Position numbers and translations under genes: made by a program. 64,000 nucleotides of DNA from Prasinococcaceae sp. CCMP 1430 (lineage: Eukaryota; Plantae; Prasinodermophyta), in contig RQSC01000858.1 in NCBI GenBank assembly GCA_013416795.1, positions 47,718 through 111,717 of the forward strand, read 5' to 3'. The notes beneath the pieces are model-generated. The model worked only from the letters and a program-made list of their open reading frames with translations, was not told where the DNA came from and did no database searches. Below are positions 60,039 to 64,000 of this stretch, one piece after another; positions within the stretch are counted from its first letter, which is position 1, and each line of letters starts with the position of its first letter.

Positions 60039-61283
60039 NACCCACGCACACCCACTTACACCCCACCCCCGCGTGGTACACACCGGGGGCACGCTGTGGC
60101 TCCACTCCACGCCGCCGCGGCCCCGGTTCCCCGACGAACGCGCGCGCGCGTTTTTGCGGCTTTTCAGATCGCCGCCGCGAAAATGACCGCCAAAACGTTG
60201 CGAGACGGCCTGGAATCGCGGAAAGAGACGCCTGCGAAACCGCGTACCGCGAAGCTGCCGGCGTCTGTGCACGGGCCGCTCCGCGCGCAGGGTAGCGGCC
60301 CGGCAGGACTGGCAGGACCGGCTGGCTGCCGTGGGCGCGGACACAGGTCGACGCTCGACAGTGGACTCGACAGTACGGACACCCACACCTGCAGGGACTG
60401 TACAGCATGCGCGTGTGCTGCGGGGACGAACGCCGCGCGTGCCGCGCGGCACGCGGGGGGGGCCGTGCCCCTGTGGCCGCTCCCTTGTTGTTGGAGCCTC
60501 GCCACGGCCTGTGTGAACCACCAGGGGTTCCTGTGCCACGGTGCCAGCACATCCAGCGAGGCTTGTGCCAGCCGCAGGCAGCCCCAGCCCAACCAAGCCA
60601 GCGAGGCCCCCGGCTGGCTGGCTGGGTCGCTGCCGCGCAACTGGTTGCGGGGAGGCGTAGTAGAGGAGGCACGCACTGGGGCGCGGGGAGGCGCGCGAAC
60701 ACAGACTCGCGCGCGGAGGCAGGCTCTCGCACGAGCGTGCGCGCGCGCGCAGGCGCTGGCTGGCTGGCTGGCTGGTGAGCTGCGGCTGTCACAGCGCTGC
60801 CCCCGCTGGCTGGTGTGCTGGCGGGCGCACGCGTACGCGCGGGCGCTCGCCATATTTGGGGTCACAACTCTACAACCCAAACGTTCGACCCGTGCAATGC
60901 TTAATATAAAGTGATATATATTTTGCTGTAATTATGGACCCTCAACAGCGCGCGCCCGCCCGTTCCCCCGGGCGCCGCGGCCGATGCGTCCCGCGCGCGA
61001 CATGGGGGGGGGGAGAGGGGGGGGGAGGGCAGGGAGGGCGTGGCGTGGCGTGCCGCGGGCGGTGTCGCGAAGGGCGAGCGCCACTCGATGCGCGGCGCGG
61101 GATTGAGAGAGGAAAGGAAGCGGTGTGGAGGTGCGAGGGGGAGAGGGGTGAGCGCGGCCTCCTGTGGCTGGAGCTCGCGGCTGTCGCTGCGCAGCGACGC
61201 GCAGCGGCGCGGGGCCGGTGGCGGCGCAGCCTACCGCTCGGCGCCGGGCTTCGCGGCGGCCGCAAGAAGACCGGCTCGCGGCG

Positions 61284-61508
61284 ATGCCAGTGCACACGCG
61301 CAGCGGCGGGAGGACGACGGCGCGCAGCGGCGGTGGCAGCGGCTGGTGGGGCGACGCCGTCTTCGGTGCCGCGCGCAACGCCGAATTTGAGCTACTCGTG
61401 GCCTTCGTGTTCGCAGTCGTGCTGTACATGCTGCACGGGCTCACGCACTTCTATGGCATCGCGTCCACCGCCGAGAACTTCGCGACGCGGCCGCAAGTGC
61501 GCCTGTGA
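61284..61508 (+). CDS. Small (74 aa) single-TM hypothetical protein
   Basis: ATG in GCGATG context; hydrophobic LLVAFVFAVVLYML; coding-like codon use. Confidence 0.5.
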   Translation: MPVHTRSGGRTTARSGGGSGWWGDAVFGAARNAEFELLVAFVFAVVLYMLHGLTHFYGIASTAENFATRPQVRL

Positions 61509-61640
61509 GCTCCGCCACAGCGAATGGACGGCGCGCATCAGCTAGGGCGGGGGACGTAATATGGAAGAGGCGGCGGGGCCTGCGGACGCACGCACGCCGC
61601 CTGAGTGCGAAGTCCTCCACATGAATTTACCGCGCGCCCA

Positions 61641-62970
61641 TTAGTCGCAGAGGCGCCGCGACGACCCTGCGAAGGCTTTGAAGGCGTCGCCGGCCTTGTC
61701 CTTCGCCTCGTCGCCCGCCGCGGGCGCGTCACTGCCGCTGCCGCTGCCGCTGCCGCCGGCGCCGGCGCCGCCCGACCGCCCGCCGCCGAAGACGAGCTTG
61801 CCCGTCTTGCGGCCCGCACGCCGGGCGACGCCGACGGGCTCCTGGCCTGAGAGTGCGCGCGCGGGCGGCAACGTCCGTCAGCGCGATCGTCCGGCAAGCG
61901 CGGCGGCCGGCGCTCGCCTCGCCGCCCGCGCCGGCGTCGCGCGCTCACCTTGATGGCCTTGCCGTCCAGGCGCGCCGCCCCGCCCTGAAAGGCGCTGAAT
62001 TTGGGCGCCTCAGGCGTGCTGGACGCGCCCGCGGCGGGCTCGCCCTCCTTGCCCTTGCCCCTGCCTGACCTTCCCCTCTTGAAAATCTTGTACTGCGGCG
62101 CGGGCGCGGGCGCGGGGGCCTGGGCGGGCTGCGCGGTCGGAGGCACGTAGTCGAGCGGAGGCGCGAAGTCGACCTCGCAGTCGGTCTCGATGATGGTGAC
62201 CGCCTCCGCGGGCTTGAGCTCCTTGATGTCGATGTAGAACTTCGTGGCGTTGTAATGCACGCATATGGTGTCCCCCAGCGTCAGGCAGCTGTAGTTGCGC
62301 AGCGTGGTTTCCAGCACCGCCTTCGGATTGGAGATGTCCAGGAAGTCCTTCGAGTGCGGCTGCAGCTTCACGAAGGTGCCCTTCGGCAGGCTCACGCTGC
62401 GCAGGTTGACCAGCTCGCCCTCCGAGAGCACCAGATTCTCCATCATCCAGTACGGAATGTACGCGTGTCCCTCCTCGCCGCTGAATTCGAGCACGCCGCA
62501 GTGCGACGACCTCCCGGCCGCCTGGTTTGACACCTCGAAGAGCATGGGGTAATCGATGTGCAGCGACGCCAGGCGCTCCAGCGCCGACGGCGGCAGGATG
62601 ATCTTGTCGCCGTTTTCGAGGTGCGCCTGCGCGCGGGGTGCGCCGGCGCCGGCGGCGGGCGCACTCGCGCGCGTCAGCGCGCGTGGGCGGGGCAAAGAGG
62701 ACGCGGGCAACCCCTCGGCGCAGCGCGCCAGCTGCGCACACACCCCACCACCCGCGGCACCCGCGCACGCGCGGGCGCCGCGCCGCGATCTCGAGCGCTC
62801 GCGCGCGGTCTCCCCCTCTCCCTCGCGGGCGCGCGGCCCCGTGCGGCGCGGCGCACCTTGTCGATGAAGCTCAGCGGGTACACGCGGTACCTTTGCTCGA
62901 ACGTGCGGCCGCCGCCCATGCCGCCCATGCCGAAGCCGTCCGCCCCCATGCCGAACGGAAGGCCGAACAT
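61641..62970 (-). CDS. UFD1: Ubiquitin fusion degradation protein 1; introns ~62627-62856 and ~61846-61948
   Basis: FEQRYRVYP, GDKIILPPSAL, HCGVLEF, PYWMM, DISNPKAVLE, IIETDCEVDFAPP, SHP-like FSAFQGGAARLDG. Confidence 0.95.
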
Positions 62971-63337
62971 CGCGACCGACGCGACGGCCGGAGCCACAAC
63001 CCCCTGCCACCTGCCGCGCGGCCCCACCCCCCGCTGTGGCTGGCTGCGGCTGTGGCGCGCGCACGCGCGCGCGCGCGCGGTCTTCGGCAGCGCGCGCTGG
63101 ACAGCGCACGCCGCCACCCCCAAAGCACCGAAACACTCAAATTCAATTTGACATGACTTTAACTCTCCCGTGGGAGATATTTGGTTGCGACGCCCCGCCA
63201 CCAGATGGATGCGTTTCGACGTGCGTTTGACTCGCCCGTGGGGATATTTTTGATGGGGTGTTCGCGTGCGTTGGCGCGCCGCTGCGGCGCTGCTCGCGCG
63301 CGCGGTCGCGCGAGCCGCTGGCAGTGCGCGCCACAGA

Positions 63338-63717
63338 GCGGCGGGCTGGGCGGCGGCGGCGGCGGCGGCGGGCTCGGCGGCGGGCTCGGCGGTGCCGGAG
63401 GCGGTGCGCCCTCGCCATCCGGACCGCCCTTCAGGTACGAGCCCGCGGGCGCCCCCAGGTACACCGTGTAGCACAGCCGCTCCGACCAGTCCTCCACACT
63501 CTCGCCGTCCACTTGGTGGCGCAGGAGGCTGCTCGACCACACGAACTGCGTCAGGTTCGCGAGGCACGCGAAGTTCACCAGCCTTTGCGCATGGGGCGCG
63601 GGACGCGGGAGACGCGTGCGAGCGCGGTCGCAGGCGGGCGCGCGTGCGCGCGTGCGTGTGTGAGGGATGGGCGGGCGGCGAGTCGGTCAGCGAGCGTGCG
63701 CGTGGGCGACCGCGGTG
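63338..63717. repeat. 380-bp direct repeat, copy 2
   Basis: See 59659-60038. Confidence 0.92.
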
Positions 63718-63789
63718 ACGCGGCGTGCGCGTGGAAGCGCAACGTGCGCGTGGAGGCGCGCGGTGGCGCGGCGCCCGCGGCGCGAGCGG

Positions 63790-64000
63790 CGCGCACACGC
63801 ACTCCGTCTCCAGCCCGGACGTCGCATCCGTCTCCACGGTGACGCACGCGCTCACAGCGCCGTTCACGCCGCTCAGCGAGACGCCGTGCGAGCCGTAGTA
63901 CATGAGCAGCAAGCCCAGCAGCAGCGAGAGCGACGCGCCGCCCAGCAGCGTGACCCGCGAGCACGCGAGCCGGCCCGCGCCCGGCGCGGCGGCGCCCGGC
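63790..64000 (-). CDS. Probable upstream exon of the ShKT-repeat membrane gene (runs off the window edge)
   Basis: Hydrophobic LLGGASLSLLLGLLLMYYG segment directly upstream of the duplicated intron/exon block. Confidence 0.5.

Noticed and set aside
60040-60930. Protein-coding gene
   Set aside because: Low-complexity GGCT repeats with no convincing codon bias or domain in any frame
2695-62856. Introner-type mobile introns
   Set aside because: Introns share only short motifs, not extended sequence identity

Overview
Gene-dense, very GC-rich eukaryotic nuclear scaffold, most consistent with a prasinophyte-type green alga. Support: short GT(GCG/GAG)..CTGAC..AG introns, TGTAA poly(A)-type signals after stops, telo-box AAACCCTA motifs in AT-rich promoter islands, and plant-type COX6A, mTERF and PHT4-like genes. 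About 24 protein genes are present: a CS-domain cyclophilin, CYP59/PPIL4, a Nup214-like FG nucleoporin, an MFS anion transporter, a 5'-3' exonuclease-RAP fusion, a two-homeodomain-like protein, an integrase-repeat-like protein, a Pmp-like beta-helix/Cys-rich multi-TM protein that may splice in frame into an Aurora-like kinase, epsin, a SNAP25-type SNARE lacking an in-frame ATG, an SDR epimerase, COX6A, NDUFB7, a motorless dynein-heavy-chain tail, an ARM-repeat protein, RRP5, mTERF, a ShKT-repeat membrane protein, UFD1 and several hypotheticals. RRP5 hosts an intronic dual-guide C/D snoRNA. Assembly problems are visible: N gaps, single-N joins, a 380-bp duplicated block, and a 116-bp segment that is the non-reversed complement of its neighbouring repeat. 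Family assignments are from motif recognition and recalled consensus only; no searches were run. CDS coordinates for spliced genes span their introns.
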